Positions 1-13,387 of a stretch of DNA of 64,000 bases are shown here, one piece after another. The stretch's first letter is position 1, and every line of letters begins with the position of its first letter. A model generated the notes under the pieces. It searched no databases. It saw only the letters and a list, made by a program, of their open reading frames with translations, and had not been told where the DNA came from. The stretch comes from Octopus vulgaris. Taxonomy: Eukaryota. The position numbers and the translations under genes are program-made. Location of the stretch: assembly GCA_951406725.2 (NCBI GenBank), contig OX597820.1, forward strand, positions 124,001-188,000. Reading direction: 5' to 3'.

Positions 1-200
1 CCCATGTCTAATTTATCGATTTTTTTCAGAACTGAGGGAACTTTTCAAAATTTTCGCTGCGTTAGTTTTGAATTATGACATTGGGCTATGTGTGTGTCAA
101 GTTTAATCAGAATCGGTTGAAAGCCGTGGTCAGAGTGAGGGTACAACCAAACAGACATACAGACACACAGACAGACAAACTGCCGTTTATATATATATAT
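1..200 (-). mobile_element. 5' part of a non-autonomous Helitron-like element (runs off window start)
   Basis: Reverse complement starts ...tatatataaacggcagtttgtctgtc, the same style of TA-rich 5' terminus plus (CTGT)n as Helitron-type elements; 3' end is outside the window. Confidence 0.4.
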
Positions 201-922
201 ATATATACATATACATACACATAAGATGATTGCTCTACCTTGGCAGATGTTTGCCGTTTTCTTTTGCCTCCTGTTTGTCAAAGGCATTTCTGTGTTTCCA
301 TTCATGACCTCTCAGTTGAAATTTAGTCTCTCTGCCGATCTGCCTTCTTTGAAGCGTAGGTGAGAGACGAAAGTTGTTGTAGCCTACCGTGCGCGTCCAT
401 TCTTCCACCACCGTAGGAACTTCAGCAGATGAAATGCCGAATGTGGTCATCTTAAAGACATAACTGTGCATCATTTGATTATAGTGAGAGGCACCTGTAG
501 AATACCAGTACCACTCTGAGTTTCTGTGACTAGAACCTAGTGGCAGACCAAACAGAGAGGACTTTTAATCAGGTCAAACAGCAGGTTTCCATCAGTAGGC
601 ACCTCTGATGCAACCAAGTGATCCGTCCTTTTTAGTGGTTTTACTGCATGCCGTGACATCAACCAAGGTTATTTCTGCATTTCCGCGCTCCGATACAATG
701 TCATTACTTATATTAGTTAACTTATATTTGGACCTTGACCTTTGCTACAACTCCGTCCGGATCAGAGTAGCGCGGGGGACTATAGTGGCTCCGAGGTGAT
801 TCCAGATTCTACAAACTCTGGAACTCCCGAACAAAACACCCCACTACTGGATGCAGTTTGAGTTATACCCAGCACATAGATCTAGATATATGATCATACA
901 TACATACATATATTTATACATG

Positions 923-1096
<174 letters not shown>

Positions 1097-1277
1097 CATG
1101 TATGTATGTCTGTATGTATGTATGTATGCATGAAAAGAAGCATATAAGGCGTTGTGTCAAAAGAGATGTGGTGAGAGGTGAAATCGATTGAGAAAAGCAA
1201 TTAAAAATGTATACGACTCATAAAAATGATTCGTAAATTTCATTGGTTGACAGAAGTTAGATCCTGCTTGACTGTGC

Positions 1278-1312
1278 TATAAAATTGAATGCATTACTTT
1301 AATTTCTCAATT
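1278..1312 (+). promoter_or_regulatory. Candidate core promoter (TATA box + Inr) of the EMI/EGF gene
   Basis: TATAAAA at 1278-1284 and Inr-like TCAATT at 1307-1312 (A at 1309, 31 nt after the first T of the TATA), 56 nt upstream of the ATG at 1365. Confidence 0.5.
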
Positions 1313-1364
1313 TTTATTAAAAGTAGCGAACGCAAACCATCAGAGTAAATATTTTTTGTTTTAA

Positions 1365-1395
1365 ATGACCAACCGAATATTGCCTTTTTTCTTAG
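1365..1395 (+). CDS. First coding exon, start of signal peptide (MTNRILPFFL)
   Basis: ATG 1365, basic then hydrophobic residues, donor AG|GTAAGT at 1396, ends in phase 1. Confidence 0.55.
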
Positions 1396-1536
1396 GTAAG
1401 TCTCTAATTTTTTCTTACTCCGTTCTTTTCATATGTCACAATTTTGATGTAGCAATGAAAATAGATGCCTTGCATTACGATTGATATATTAATATATCCT
1501 CAGCCCCGAAATTTCAGGCTTTGTACCTTTAGTTCA

Positions 1537-1606
<70 letters not shown>

Positions 1607-1720
1607 GAGTGAGAGAGCAGTTCATGCCATCAAAGTGACACTGGGGTAAAATATACGAAGCCCAATATACCCATCATGACTACCCGTCAGATAAAGGTAC
1701 ACCAGGCACATGCATCACAA
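1607..1720 (-). mobile_element. 5'-truncated copy of the non-coding AAT-targeting element (same family as 35032-35587)
   Basis: Reverse complement of the last ~115 bp of 35032-35587, embedded in (ATT)n on both sides. Confidence 0.8.
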
Positions 1721-1949
1721 TTATTATTATTATTATTATTTTAAGACTGGCGAAATCGATTTTACATTTGATCCTTTCGGGGTTGATAAATTATGTACCA
1801 GTTAAACACTGGGGTCGATGTAATCATCTAGTCCCCACCACCAAAATTAGGAAAAAAACAGCCCATTTGTATTTAGAAGTAAGGATTATTATTTCCTCTA
1901 CGCACAACAGATTAAACTGGAACAAGAAAAGTTCCTAACATCGGGCTAC

Positions 1950-2240
1950 AGCAAGTAACCTTATATGCGAAAAACCTTCCTAAGTATCCTAGCTGTCCCT
2001 AATAACACGGTTTCCTGGAACTGCACTAAAGTAGTTTTTACGCCTAGTTTTTCTATTTCTTTGTGAAACCCTTAGGGATAATTCGTAATGCACTTATAGC
2101 TACAGGGATACATTTTATCCACACATTTCCTAGCCTCTATAACTGAATGGCTAGATCCTGGTACTTTGCTATTTTCTGTATAGTTTCCATATTGATTTTC
2201 TCATCATTTGGGATTGTAAAGTCAATTACCTGCTTAAGGT
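1950..2240 (-). mobile_element. Degenerate 3' end of an R4/Dong-type LINE (RLE domain C-terminus)
   Basis: Minus-strand translation gives KIAKYQDLAIQL..IPVAISAL..GTARILRKVF with stops, matching the RLE tails of the better-preserved copies in this window. Confidence 0.6.
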
Positions 2241-3786
2241 AAGACCAACTTTGCACCGAGGATAAAATACTAACCCACCATTCATTGTTGATAAATCCTC
2301 TACCTTATCAAGTAACACATTTCGTATTAACGATGAAACTTCTAAAGGAAATTATGTAAAATGGTCATCTATTTAATGAAAAGCTTTTGATATTTGGAGA
2401 TGACTTTCACAAGACAGCTAATGCAATTCGAAGATTCAGCAATGTTAATATAAAAATACTGCACGAAGAGTTGGCCATTATAGAGATATGTGAAAATTCT
2501 TCATCTTCCAGTAAAAATGGGAAATGCGAGCAAGAAGGATTTCATATTTGTATCTTGAATATTAGAAATGTTATTTTCACTTACAATGCTGGGCTTAATG
2601 ATTGTATGCTTGCCATACCATAAGCAATGATTGTCGGTGATGTTGTCCACTTTATTTATTGTAAATTCAGTTAACATCATCAATGATGAACAAACTGCCT
2701 CTTTTGATTTATATAACTTACATTGGGAATCTACCTGATTGTGCTGACTTCGAAAGTTTGTGAAACATTGAAACTTAACAATGATATTCTGCAGCTCATA
2801 TACCGGGTCTATCAAGAAAATATATAAAATCAATGATTCGATAATTGTTGATGACGATGACGACAACTAGGAAAAAGACTACGACGACGATGACAACAGT
2901 GAAGATGACTACGATGAAGATGTTGATGCAGCGACGAGGATGCAGATATTGATGACGATGATAACGAAGTTGATGAGGTGGAGGGGATTGTGAGGATTTT
3001 CATGATCAAGATGATGATCATTTGAATGATGAAGATGAGCTATAGATTTTCCAGTGGAGTTGTTAAATGAACAAAATCCACGTGGAATTCCACCTCATAT
3101 TCTGGTGATGAACGTTTGGAGTATTATAATGTGAGAACGAAACCTCAGACCCCTGAAGAGTTTACTAAATAGAACATGAGCAACAATTATAGAAGAGTGC
3201 AACCATCTTCTTTATACAGCAGTTAAGAAGAATGGGTTTTCATTTCACGAATTTATTTGTCACATAGCGAGACAAATCTACTTTTTCAACATAATCGCAG
3301 GCATGGCCCCTTGATAACATTCTTTGTTATTACCATAAATATATTTCAGGGTTAGTCTTTTATCAGAGTGGGAGTATATCTACGAGAGCGCGTATTTAGC
3401 ACTGGATAGTTATTTGTAGTTCTAAATAGGATAAAAAATCAGGAGCACCATAAAAGACAGATTTCCATCTCATAAAATAAGGGCATCTCCTACTTAAGGA
3501 CCATATATTCACTAAATGTGTAGTCATGAATTGCCTTTTGAGGCTAAATAATGATGTTTACGACGAAACTACTGGCGTTTATTGAGCTAACTATTGTATT
3601 GAACATGAACTTCTGTAATTTAATTTAGACATTTATTATGCAAATATTCATCGTAGACCAAAGTATGAATACGGCGCAGTTCGGATGTAAAACAAATGTC
3701 GCTGATTGGAAAACAATAATATTTCTATAAATATAATCAGTATTTTGTGTGTATAATCATGGGTTAGTGCACATATTTTGTTTCAG

Positions 3787-3810
3787 TCTATGTCATTATG
3801 TGGCTTTTCT
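3787..3810 (+). CDS. Candidate exon 2 continuing the signal peptide (VYVIMWLF); 3' boundary uncertain
   Basis: Acceptor ttttgtttcag at 3786; phase-1 reading continues a hydrophobic core; no strong donor found that yields the phase 2 needed by the next exon. Confidence 0.35.
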
Positions 3811-4023
3811 GTACATACACACGCATCCACATACGTATACATGCATACAAAAAACACACACACAAGCACACACACACACATGTGTATAGACGTATGTGTA
3901 TACACTTGTAAAAAAATGTACACATTTTTGTGTGTACATTCTGGTCGTATAAACCTGATTCTGGAGTCTCATGTATTCAACACATATTTTGTATTATCCG
4001 CATTTGTGGAATTTTACATATCT

Positions 4024-4088
<65 letters not shown>

Positions 4089-4379
4089 TTGCATGTTTAT
4101 TACATATTCTTACTCGTATTCAAATTTGTAAGGTTTGGGGATTGCTCAGTGATAAACTGCAAAATTTTGACGTCAAAGCTAATAAGAAATGCTTGTCAAC
4201 AAGCTGCACATACATGTAAATATAAAGTTTTAAGAGCATAAACTTTAAAATTGTAAAATTTCGTGTAGTTTAAACATTAATGCCGGTATGCGTATGCAAA
4301 TACCATTAGTTGTTCAATGTTTCCGAGAGTCGAATCCAACGGAAATAATTATATACGAGTCGTGCATATATAGTCTATC

Positions 4380-5870
4380 GGTGGTCTCTCCCTGGACAGG
4401 TCTTGTGACTGTGAACCTTCTTCAGTAGTGTCTGCCACTGTTATATTGATTACTACTGAAGCAGATTGTTCCAGTTCTAATGACGAAACTGGCATCAGCT
4501 GGTCCCGAGATTTTCCCGATACATATCATCTATTAACTTTGGGGCATTCGGTGGGCAATATGTATTGCATATGACTATATTATGTTGTCTTATGTATACA
4601 ATTAAACTGTCACATACCGAATTTGAGTATGTCATTAAGACCTGGGGTGTGAGGTCATCTCGGATTTATACAGCAACTCCACCATGGCTCCTTTCCCTTC
4701 TGTCTGTTCGCAGTATGGCATAGTTTGGTATGTGTACTTCTACGTCCTCTATATCAGGGTTGAGGGGAGTTTCCACCTATGCATAGGGCTTGATTGCATG
4801 CAGTAAGATCTCTCAGGAAAGAAAATTTGTTTCTATTTTGATGCAACAGGCCCGCAATATTTAGTAAAAGTATTGGGGTGGCGGCTGTGCAGGCGTTAGG
4901 GGAAGCCATCCCGTGTCTGTTGACTTTGGTGGTCTTGCATAGTGGTGGGCAGGGTTCCTTCTCTGTGCTTGGTGTAGCCAGGTTAGCTGCCGGACAATTC
5001 TTTGCGCCATGCAAAATTCTTTGCGCCATGCATAAAAAAGACTCTTGCTCAGCTGCTGCCTTGCGCAGAACATCTGAGGAGTGCACTTCGTTTTTGAAAG
5101 TTTTCCTGGGAGACATTTTTTGTGTTCCCTCGGTAAAGCTTTTCTCTTTGAGTCCCCTGAAGTTCTGGTGGGGTGTCGGGTTGGCGAACCGACAGTTTTT
5201 GCCGTTCTCACCATGCCAACATTTGCCCCGCAGGTAGAATTTACAGGTTCTTCGGTGCCTTCTAGATTTCTTCTTTCCTGAAGTGTACTGGGTGGCATTG
5301 GATCCTCCATGCGGTTCTCTGCTGTTTGTGTGGTGGGTTGGGGTTTCAGCTTTCGTTGTTTTGCCTTTTCCTCCTTTTCCCTCCTTATTTTTGTTTTCGG
5401 TCCTTCCTTTTTTCTTCTGTTTTTCTAATTGTTCATTTCTTTGTAGGACCACTAGTACAGGGGGGGGGGCTCCCGGTTTCTGCTCCCTTGGCTCCCCTAT
5501 CCTTCACTACCTGGTCGTTCACCGGGGTAAGTGATTCATTTTCCTGAGGAACCCCTGGATCACAGAGACTTCCGGCTTCCTTCTCTTTTTAGACCTCTTC
5601 ATACTCATCAGCCTTGCCACAATAATTTTCAATTATGTGATCCAGTGTTTTGATGTAAGACCGGATAAATTCGCCTTTCCTCCGTTCTATTTGGCAATGG
5701 TTCAATGGAAGCACCTTTTTTATGTAAATTAATTTTTGGTGTTAACATGGTCCGAGCAAGCCTTCTTCTATCATACTCTCAATTTTGGTCAACTTGCGCC
5801 GCAGGGTCTCGGAGGAGATAGTGTTAGTTGAAGTCTACTAAACCTGGCATATACACAGGCAACTTCAGCT
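4380..5870 (-). mobile_element. Degenerate LINE (CR1/L2-like): ORF1 with CCCH-type zinc finger plus start of APE endonuclease
   Basis: CKFYLRGKCWHGENGKNCRFANP in ORF 4754-5452, then PILLLNIAGL and IPNYAILRTDRRERSHGGVAV (APE motif) on the minus strand. Confidence 0.65.
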
Positions 5871-6077
5871 TTATATATATAGATATTTAACGGTCATTCT
5901 CATAGCTCTTTTGTTTGTCTTAATAACGGTCGTCTTTATAGTAATTTCCCTTTATTCAATGGTCATTTTCATAGCATTTTTGTTCGTTTTAATTACTGAC
6001 GAGATGCCGGAGCAGACTTCCGCCTCGACATCCAAATCTCTGAGTTTTATTATAACGACAGAATAATTGTCACATAT

Positions 6078-6161
<84 letters not shown>

Positions 6162-6383
6162 CTTTGTATATATATATAATCAAATCAAAGAGAAATGGAA
6201 TTTAATTAAAATTAAAAGCATTTAATTAAATTTTACATTTCCAGTAGTCTAACGTCTAAAAAAATTTAGTCAAAATGACTATATATTAGTCACACGATAT
6301 AGTGTATATTTAAACACATAAGGAATCTACTTATAGGGATTCTACATGCTAGAAAGAACAGCTAGGTTCTATAACCACAAAAA

Positions 6384-6685
6384 TCTTTATATATAAAACT
6401 GAAGTTGTGTGAGAGTCTGTCTCCTCCGAATTAGATTCCTAACTACTCCCACATTTTGCGGTGCAGTTTAACCAAGAGCGGGTATCTTATAGTCGTGATT
6501 CATATCGAGCCCTTCTGGGTATTAGCGCTCGTCTACGATGAGTCTACGATGGTAAAAAATTACCATCATTTTTTCGTTTTTTTAATGCATTTTTTGCTCG
6601 GTTTATATAAGGGAAGTAACTCTCTAAAAATGCTTATATAGTTATTTTCCTTACAAACCCGAGCAACGCCGGGCGATACTGCTAG
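6384..6685 (+). mobile_element. Non-autonomous Helitron (~300 bp)
   Basis: 5' TC(tttatatataaaactgaa), 3' hairpin cccg-agcaacgc-cggg followed by CTAG, inserted between A and T with no TSD. Confidence 0.75.
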
Positions 6686-6688
6686 TCG

Positions 6689-6733
<45 letters not shown>

Positions 6734-6813
6734 GATAGGTCTATGTACGTATGTATGAGTGTATAAGCTTATGTATTTATAAAGAAATATATGTCCTATT
6801 TTTCTCCTTTCAG

Positions 6814-6894
6814 AAAATGTCCATGGGGGTGTTTTAAAACCGTGAGCTACAAAAAACGGTCGTGTGGGTGGCTTAGATCGCGTTCAAGATACGT
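6814..6894 (+). CDS. Exon encoding first half of EMI-like domain (KCPWGCFKTVSYKKRSCGWLRSRSRY)
   Basis: Acceptor tttctcctttcag, donor GTAAGT at 6895, 81 bp; only the phase-2 frame is open and it has a C-x-W / RY pattern. Confidence 0.6.
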
Positions 6895-7039
6895 GTAAGT
6901 ACGAAGCCGAACCTTCTGGTATTTATTCATTTTTATACAAAGTAAATTATTGAATAACGCCATCCACAATACCTTAGATACTACGGTAACCTTATTTTCG
7001 TCCTCTTCTACTATGATATGTGTGCGAGTGTGTGTGTGT

Positions 7040-7106
<67 letters not shown>

Positions 7107-7112
7107 TAAGTA

Positions 7113-7530
7113 TTACTCTTTACTCTCTTTTACTTTTTTACTTGTTTCAGTCATTTGGCTGCGGTCATGCTGGAGCACCGCCTTTAATCGAGCAAATCGA
7201 CCCCAGGACTTATTCTTTGTAAGCCTAGTAATTATTCTATCGGTCTCTTTGGCCGAACCGCTAAATGACCGGGACGTAAACACACTAGCATCGGTTGTCA
7301 AGCGATGTTGGGGGGGACAAACACAGACACACAAGCACACATATATATATACATATACATATATACGACGGGCTTCTTTCAGTTTCCATCTCCCAGATCC
7401 ACTCACAAGGCTTTGGTCGGCCCGAGTCTATCGCAGAAGACACTTGCCCAAGGTGCCAAGCAGTGGAACTGAACCTGAAACCATGTGGTTGGTAAGCAAG
7501 CTACTTACCACACAGCCACTCCTGCGCCTG
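7113..7530 (-). mobile_element. tRNA-derived SINE
   Basis: Minus strand begins ggcgcaggagtggctgtgtggtaagtagcttgc...ggttcagttcc (A- and B-box-like); pieces of the same family recur at ~54180, ~56120, ~60400 and ~63190. Confidence 0.7.
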
Positions 7531-7743
7531 ATTTACTATTTTGCATGGTCATGCTGGAGTGCCATCTTATAGGCTTTTTAGTCTCAGAAATCGATCCCAG
7601 CATTTTATAAGCCAAGTATTTATTCACCCCACCATTTTTGCAGAACTTTTAAGTTAAGGAGACAAAAATAAAAAGCAGCAGCCTCGCATGTGGAACGATA
7701 GCAGATGCACAAACATTGCCAGAATGATACACACGTAATATAG

Positions 7744-7786
<43 letters not shown>

Positions 7787-8099
7787 TGTGTGTGTGTGCA
7801 CGCGCGCGTATGTGTGTGTGCAAAAATTTATATAGATAGTCAAGCTTATGAGGCCCCCTAACGAGACTCCCTCTCCTAGGGTCTTCTGGAATGCCCAAGG
7901 AGAGATCCAGGGTGTCCGAGATGGCTACCGGAAGATGGTTTGCTATTCGTCAAGGAGGGCCTTAATGGTTTTGTAGCGAATAGTCTTAAGCCAGTAGTGA
8001 CACCATTTCTATCGAAACGGATAGTCAGTATGTATGTATGAATGTATGTACATATATGTTTGTATGCATAAATGTGTAAAACTGAGTATGTATGTATAT

Positions 8100-9813
8100 A
8101 TATAAGTTCAGCAAAAATTTAGATTCAAATGAATATGGTACTTAATTTAGATGCACCAGAATTCTATATGGCGTTATCCATAAAATCCGTGGGGTGATTA
8201 TAATCAAAATAAGCAACAAGAATGACTCCGGTAATTTGGTACGATCATTTCGTACTACATCATTTTATTAAATGTTGTAAGTATTACAACAGAATTAAAA
8301 TGCCGAGTACTCATTAGCCAATTTTAGAGGTTTTACATTAATACAAAAATTTTCATATCAAGTGGCAATATTATAGAGAAGGTAGATACATAAACAAAGA
8401 TGTGGATTTAAATTTTAAGAACATTTGAGGTAGTGGAGCTCATCAACTGACTGACTAAGATTCAATTACTCCAGACTACTGCGAATGAAAAACAAGTGAG
8501 AGGAGACAATAAAGGTTTTCTAATTATAGAAATGGGGTAAAGGGGATGTCATAGCTCCATACAAGGAATTTGTGTGGAAGACAGCATTGTCACAACTAAA
8601 TGCCAATTACTACTATTTGATGAACAGATTCGGCGTTTGGAGAACTAGGCCAATGTCAAATGGTCACAATAACATTCCCAGAGAATGCAGAGACCTTACA
8701 AACCCTATGCATATCATCACAACAGTATTGGAGAACATTATAAATCAAAGGAGAATTTAATTCTAAGTTTGCAATGAAGTTTTTTAATCATTTATGGGTG
8801 TTAAACTAAAACCAGTATAGTATATTCTTTCCTATTTGGTTAAATATATTTTGTAAAGATATCTTAGACTAATTATATATTAAGAAATGGAAGTGAGATA
8901 ATCAAGGTGAACTGAGTAGTTTCTTTAGGGACATAGGATTCATACTATTTAGTATTCCTACTATTTGGGATTCATGCTATTTAGGATTCCAACTATTTAG
9001 ATTCATACAGTTTAATTTTAGAAAAAGAAGAATTTAATTTTAAGTTTGCAGTGAAGTTATTTTAGTTCTCTATAAATATTAAATTGAAAGCTAGTATAGT
9101 ATATTCCTACTTATTTGGTTGTAAAGAATTAAAATTTGAAAAATATAGGAATATTTACAAAATTATTATTTAAAGTATTTAAACGTTCGGGTCGTACGAT
9201 GTATACAAGATGCTCCCAGCTCCAAACGGTTATTCAACAGATTTGTATTACTCTGATGTTCCAACATTTCATAAGTTTCCATAGAACAAAGTTGACAACC
9301 ATCCCTACTATTCCTATAAGGTTGCGCTCTTCTAACTATATCCCATTTTAGGTTGAATTCTATATTATTTGTTTTTAGTTCCCAAATTTTACTAGATAAT
9401 GTTGTGCAACCTGCCTTATGTTTGAGCCTAAAAGAGTAAAAATGATTGTTAAGACGTTTTTTAAATCTACCGAGCAACCGAAATACAGAAAGCTATTGTT
9501 TGACGTTATTATCGTGCATTTATAAATCACGTTTTGGACCGAACGACGGCCAGACACCGGACATTTTGATCTAATCCTACAACTACGACTGGGCGGATAG
9601 TGTCCGGTACTGGAATTATTGAAGGACAGTTCACTTCCATTAATGTTATTTAAATTATTGTTAGTATTAGTATTATTTTCACTATTAGTAATTACGTTGT
9701 TATGCAAAGTAGGGTTACTAATTATTAATCCATCCTCATTATTATCACCTACCATACTTTTATCTATACCACCTATATTATTGATATTGCTATTATCACT
9801 ATTTACACCAATG

Positions 9814-9886
<73 letters not shown>

Positions 9887-10180
9887 CATCATCAATATTA
9901 ATATTATTGTTATCACCATTATTATAATAATAATAATAATTATTATTATAATTATTATTATTATTATTGCTATTTTTACTATTATTATTACTATCATTGT
10001 TGTTACTATTCATTCTACTCCTGGCTAACTTAATGTTTTTACTATTATGGTAGCCATATTTGGGAGAGTGGAATATGAAATTCTCACTGATTTTTTGGAA
10101 ATTATTTTATGATATTTATGAGAGGTTGGAAAATTTTTTCTACTATAGACATGAATTTACTGTACACATTCGTCGAGATC
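8100..10180 (-). mobile_element. Degenerate Penelope-like element (3' part: Asn-rich linker, GIY-YIG endonuclease, 3' hammerhead remnant)
   Basis: VIYKCTII...LYFG then FKKRLNNHFYSFR...LSSKIWELK...CQLCSME (ORFs 9375-10013 and 9166-9477), homologous to the C-terminus of the 47738-50272 ORF. Confidence 0.75.
8236..8321 (-). ncRNA. Degenerate type I hammerhead ribozyme
   Basis: ttgg-CTAATGA-gtact...agtac-GAAA-tgatcg-TA-ccaa; core CUGAUGA mutated to CUAAUGA, stems I and II still pair. Confidence 0.55.
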
Positions 10181-10699
10181 GCACAATTAAAGGGGATATT
10201 TAGCCAGATGACATTTTCTCTTTCAATGGCTTGAAAGTCATAAACACGCCGACGGGAAATAAAATCATTAGGTGGGACAAGCTGACTGAATCAGCTTCGC
10301 TGACTGACAGATGACGGTCGTTTAGAAAAAGTGCGGGCTGAGACAGTGTCACGCGAGAACTTGCTGGGGCTGCCTGCTGGAGCCTAGCGGCAGGTATTTA
10401 GAGGGATAAATTTGACAAGACAGTCAGTCGACGGCTGACACTCGCTGACAATACATCGAAGATGCCAGGGAACAGAAGAAAGAAGAAAGGAGACATGCAC
10501 CCAACACCAGAGCTGAAGACACCTCCGAAAGGTGGGGCCGCCACGTCAAAACGGTAGAGGAGTAGGGGCCGGAACCGGACGTGGTTCCTCCTGATGACGT
10601 CCTGAGCTAACTGGATCCTATAAAGGAGCTGTTGTGGTAGCAGACCATGAAACACGGTTGTAATTCCCCCACGTGGAGTTTCTATTTTCTTTTTCTAAC

Positions 10700-10746
<47 letters not shown>

Positions 10747-10793
10747 GGATGAATGAATTATCCTTTGTTTACCGTTAACAAGGAAAATTATAA

Positions 10794-11360
<567 letters not shown>

Positions 11361-11586
11361 TAACTTTGAACACACATACGTATAAATAATCTTCCCAAAG
11401 CCGTGGTCTTGGGTTCAGTCTCAAGTGTATTCTAGTAAAGCCCTGTAACAACCAAAGGCGTGTCAGTGGGTGGTGTAGAGGGAAACTGAATACTGCCATT
11501 TCGTGTGTGTGTGTGTGTGTGTGTGTGTTACTCTAAAATTAGAATCACTGCGTTCTGTTTATACGTTTAATCATTCTCTCTCTGAA

Positions 11587-11666
11587 CACTATTGCTTATA
11601 AACAAATCCGTACACACTGTCACAATTGCTGTAAAGGATGGTCTAGCAAGCACGGAAAATGTACAG
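11587..11666 (+). CDS. Exon encoding second half of EMI-like domain (TIAYKQIRTHCHNCCKGWSSKHGKCT); acceptor non-canonical
   Basis: CCxGW...C motif, donor AG|GTAAGA at 11667 in phase 1, compatible with the EGF exons; the pyrimidine tract is followed by ctgaa rather than AG at the expected phase-2 junction. Confidence 0.6.
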
Positions 11667-11819
11667 GTAAGAATACGTATTCAAGGCTATCCCGATGTTA
11701 TGTTACACATAGCATTTGGCCAGCTTTTATTTAACGTTTTATGTTCTAGATTATAATTCATGAACAATATTATCATGAAATTTTTCCTTTCATTTTCTAT
11801 CACTATATATGAACAATGT

Positions 11820-11912
11820 GGAGGCGCAATGGCCCAGTGGTTAGGGCAGCGGACTCGCGGTCGTAGGATCGCGGTTTCGATTCCCAGACCGGGCGTTGTG
11901 AGTGTTTATTGA
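11820..11912 (+). mobile_element. tRNA-derived SINE head
   Basis: A box TGGCCCAGTGG, B box GGTTTCGATTCC, continues into non-tRNA body. Confidence 0.75.
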
Positions 11913-11987
11913 AAATCTCCACGATCTCTGGGAGAGGGTGGTGGCGATCCCTGCTATACTCTTTCGCCACACCTTTCTTTTTATGTT

Positions 11988-12030
11988 GGCTGCATAGAAG
12001 AATTCTAAAAGATCAATGAAAAATGTATAG
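11988..12030 (+). pseudogene. Remnant 3' end of an EGF/EMI-type exon (GCIEEF*KINEKCI)
   Basis: Ends tgt ata g|GTAAGT like the other phase-1 exons, has an in-frame stop, 5' part replaced by SINE sequence. Confidence 0.35.
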
Positions 12031-12191
12031 GTAAGTACTAAACAATAATAACAGCAACAACAATAGCAACACCAACTATATTTCAGTCGTACTGTGAGGT
12101 CTCTTATCCTTCACTCACCCTAGGACGCTGGGTGTATCTCGATGAGTGATAGTAAGAATCATATAGATTAAATGTAAACAATGACAATAAT

Positions 12192-12299
12192 AATGTGAGG
12201 TATATTTGCCATCTCAATATGGCTTACTGTAGCTATAAGCTACAGTAACACCCACCCTTAGTGCTTAGCCATATTGAGATGGCAAATATACCTCACATT
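12192..12299. repeat. Perfect 33-bp inverted repeat with nested 11-bp hairpin
   Basis: aatgtgaggtatatttgccatctcaatatggct (12192-12224) and its reverse complement (12267-12299); ttactgtagct-ata-agctacagtaa lies inside. Confidence 0.9.
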
Positions 12300-12373
12300 G
12301 TCGTGCAGTTACTGTTTATACCTCGTTCAGAGATTTATTATTGATAATAATAATAATAGTAATAATAATAACG

Positions 12374-12405
<32 letters not shown>

Positions 12406-12432
12406 CATTATCTATTATTATTATTATTATTA

Positions 12433-12615
12433 TCATTCTATGTTTGACTTTTGCTTTATATTTGTACAAGTTGGCTCCAAGTCTCACCCAGAGACCTCAA
12501 GAGAAAACAGGTTGGAAGTTCACGTTGTTGTTATGCCTAGTGTGCCATATATTTGGTTGTTTTTTTTTTGTGTTGTACTAGTGGATATCTAAAAAAAAAA
12601 TTGTTTGTTTTCAAC
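12433..12615 (-). mobile_element. 3' UTR of R4/Dong family C (inverted)
   Basis: Reverse complement of the 3' end seen at ~29880-30103 and ~31920-32138. Confidence 0.8.
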
Positions 12616-12648
12616 CTATGCACGTGATGTCTATTCTGCTTTACTTAC

Positions 12649-12765
12649 CAAAGCAAATTCTACCGTTCAACTCGAACCCTGGACTGCAGGCACATGTGTA
12701 GGATCCTGGTGTGTTGGTGCAATCCTCATTTACCCCGCATGGCCAACCAGTGCACTCGTTAATGT
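12649..12765 (-). CDS. Inverted cbEGF exon ([39 protein letters not shown])
   Basis: 117 bp, open frame, acceptor tttcaAG and donor GTAAGT on the minus strand; antisense to the host gene, so probably not spliced into it. Confidence 0.7.
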
Positions 12766-13020
12766 CTTGAAAGTAAAACAATTTTATTGCGTGAATATAA
12801 TACTTATGTTTCATCATCAATCATCCTCATCAAACTTCCTCATCAATCATCTTATGTTTCATCATCATCAATCATCATCATCATCATCATCATCATCATA
12901 ATCATCAATCATCATCATCATCGTCATAATCATCTTCATCATCATTTCCATCATTCATCATCATCATCATCATCATCATCATCCCCATCATCAACATCAT
13001 CATCATTATTATCTTTATTA

Positions 13021-13199
<179 letters not shown>

Positions 13200-13270
13200 C
13201 TATTATTATTATTATTATAACTCGAAACCAGTTACACCTATACACGTGATGACTATTCTGCTTTACTTAC

Positions 13271-13387
13271 CAACGCAAATTCTACCGTTCAAATCGAACC
13301 CTGGACTGCAGGCACATGTGTAGGATCCTGGTGTGTTGATGCATGTCCCCTGTGTCCCGCATGGGTCTGCTGTGCACTCGTCTATGT
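13271..13387 (-). CDS. Inverted cbEGF exon ([39 protein letters not shown])
   Basis: 117 bp, open frame, ttccAG acceptor and GTAAGT donor on the minus strand. Confidence 0.7.

Noticed and set aside
6843-6845. In-frame TGA as possible selenocysteine or nonsense codon
   Set aside because: It is in frame only for a phase-1 reading; the phase-2 frame is open and gives the EMI-like motif
10585-10665. CTGATGA...GAAAC hammerhead candidate
   Set aside because: Stems I and II do not pair
11820-11895. tRNA gene
   Set aside because: A/B boxes are present, but there is no proper acceptor stem and it runs into SINE body sequence
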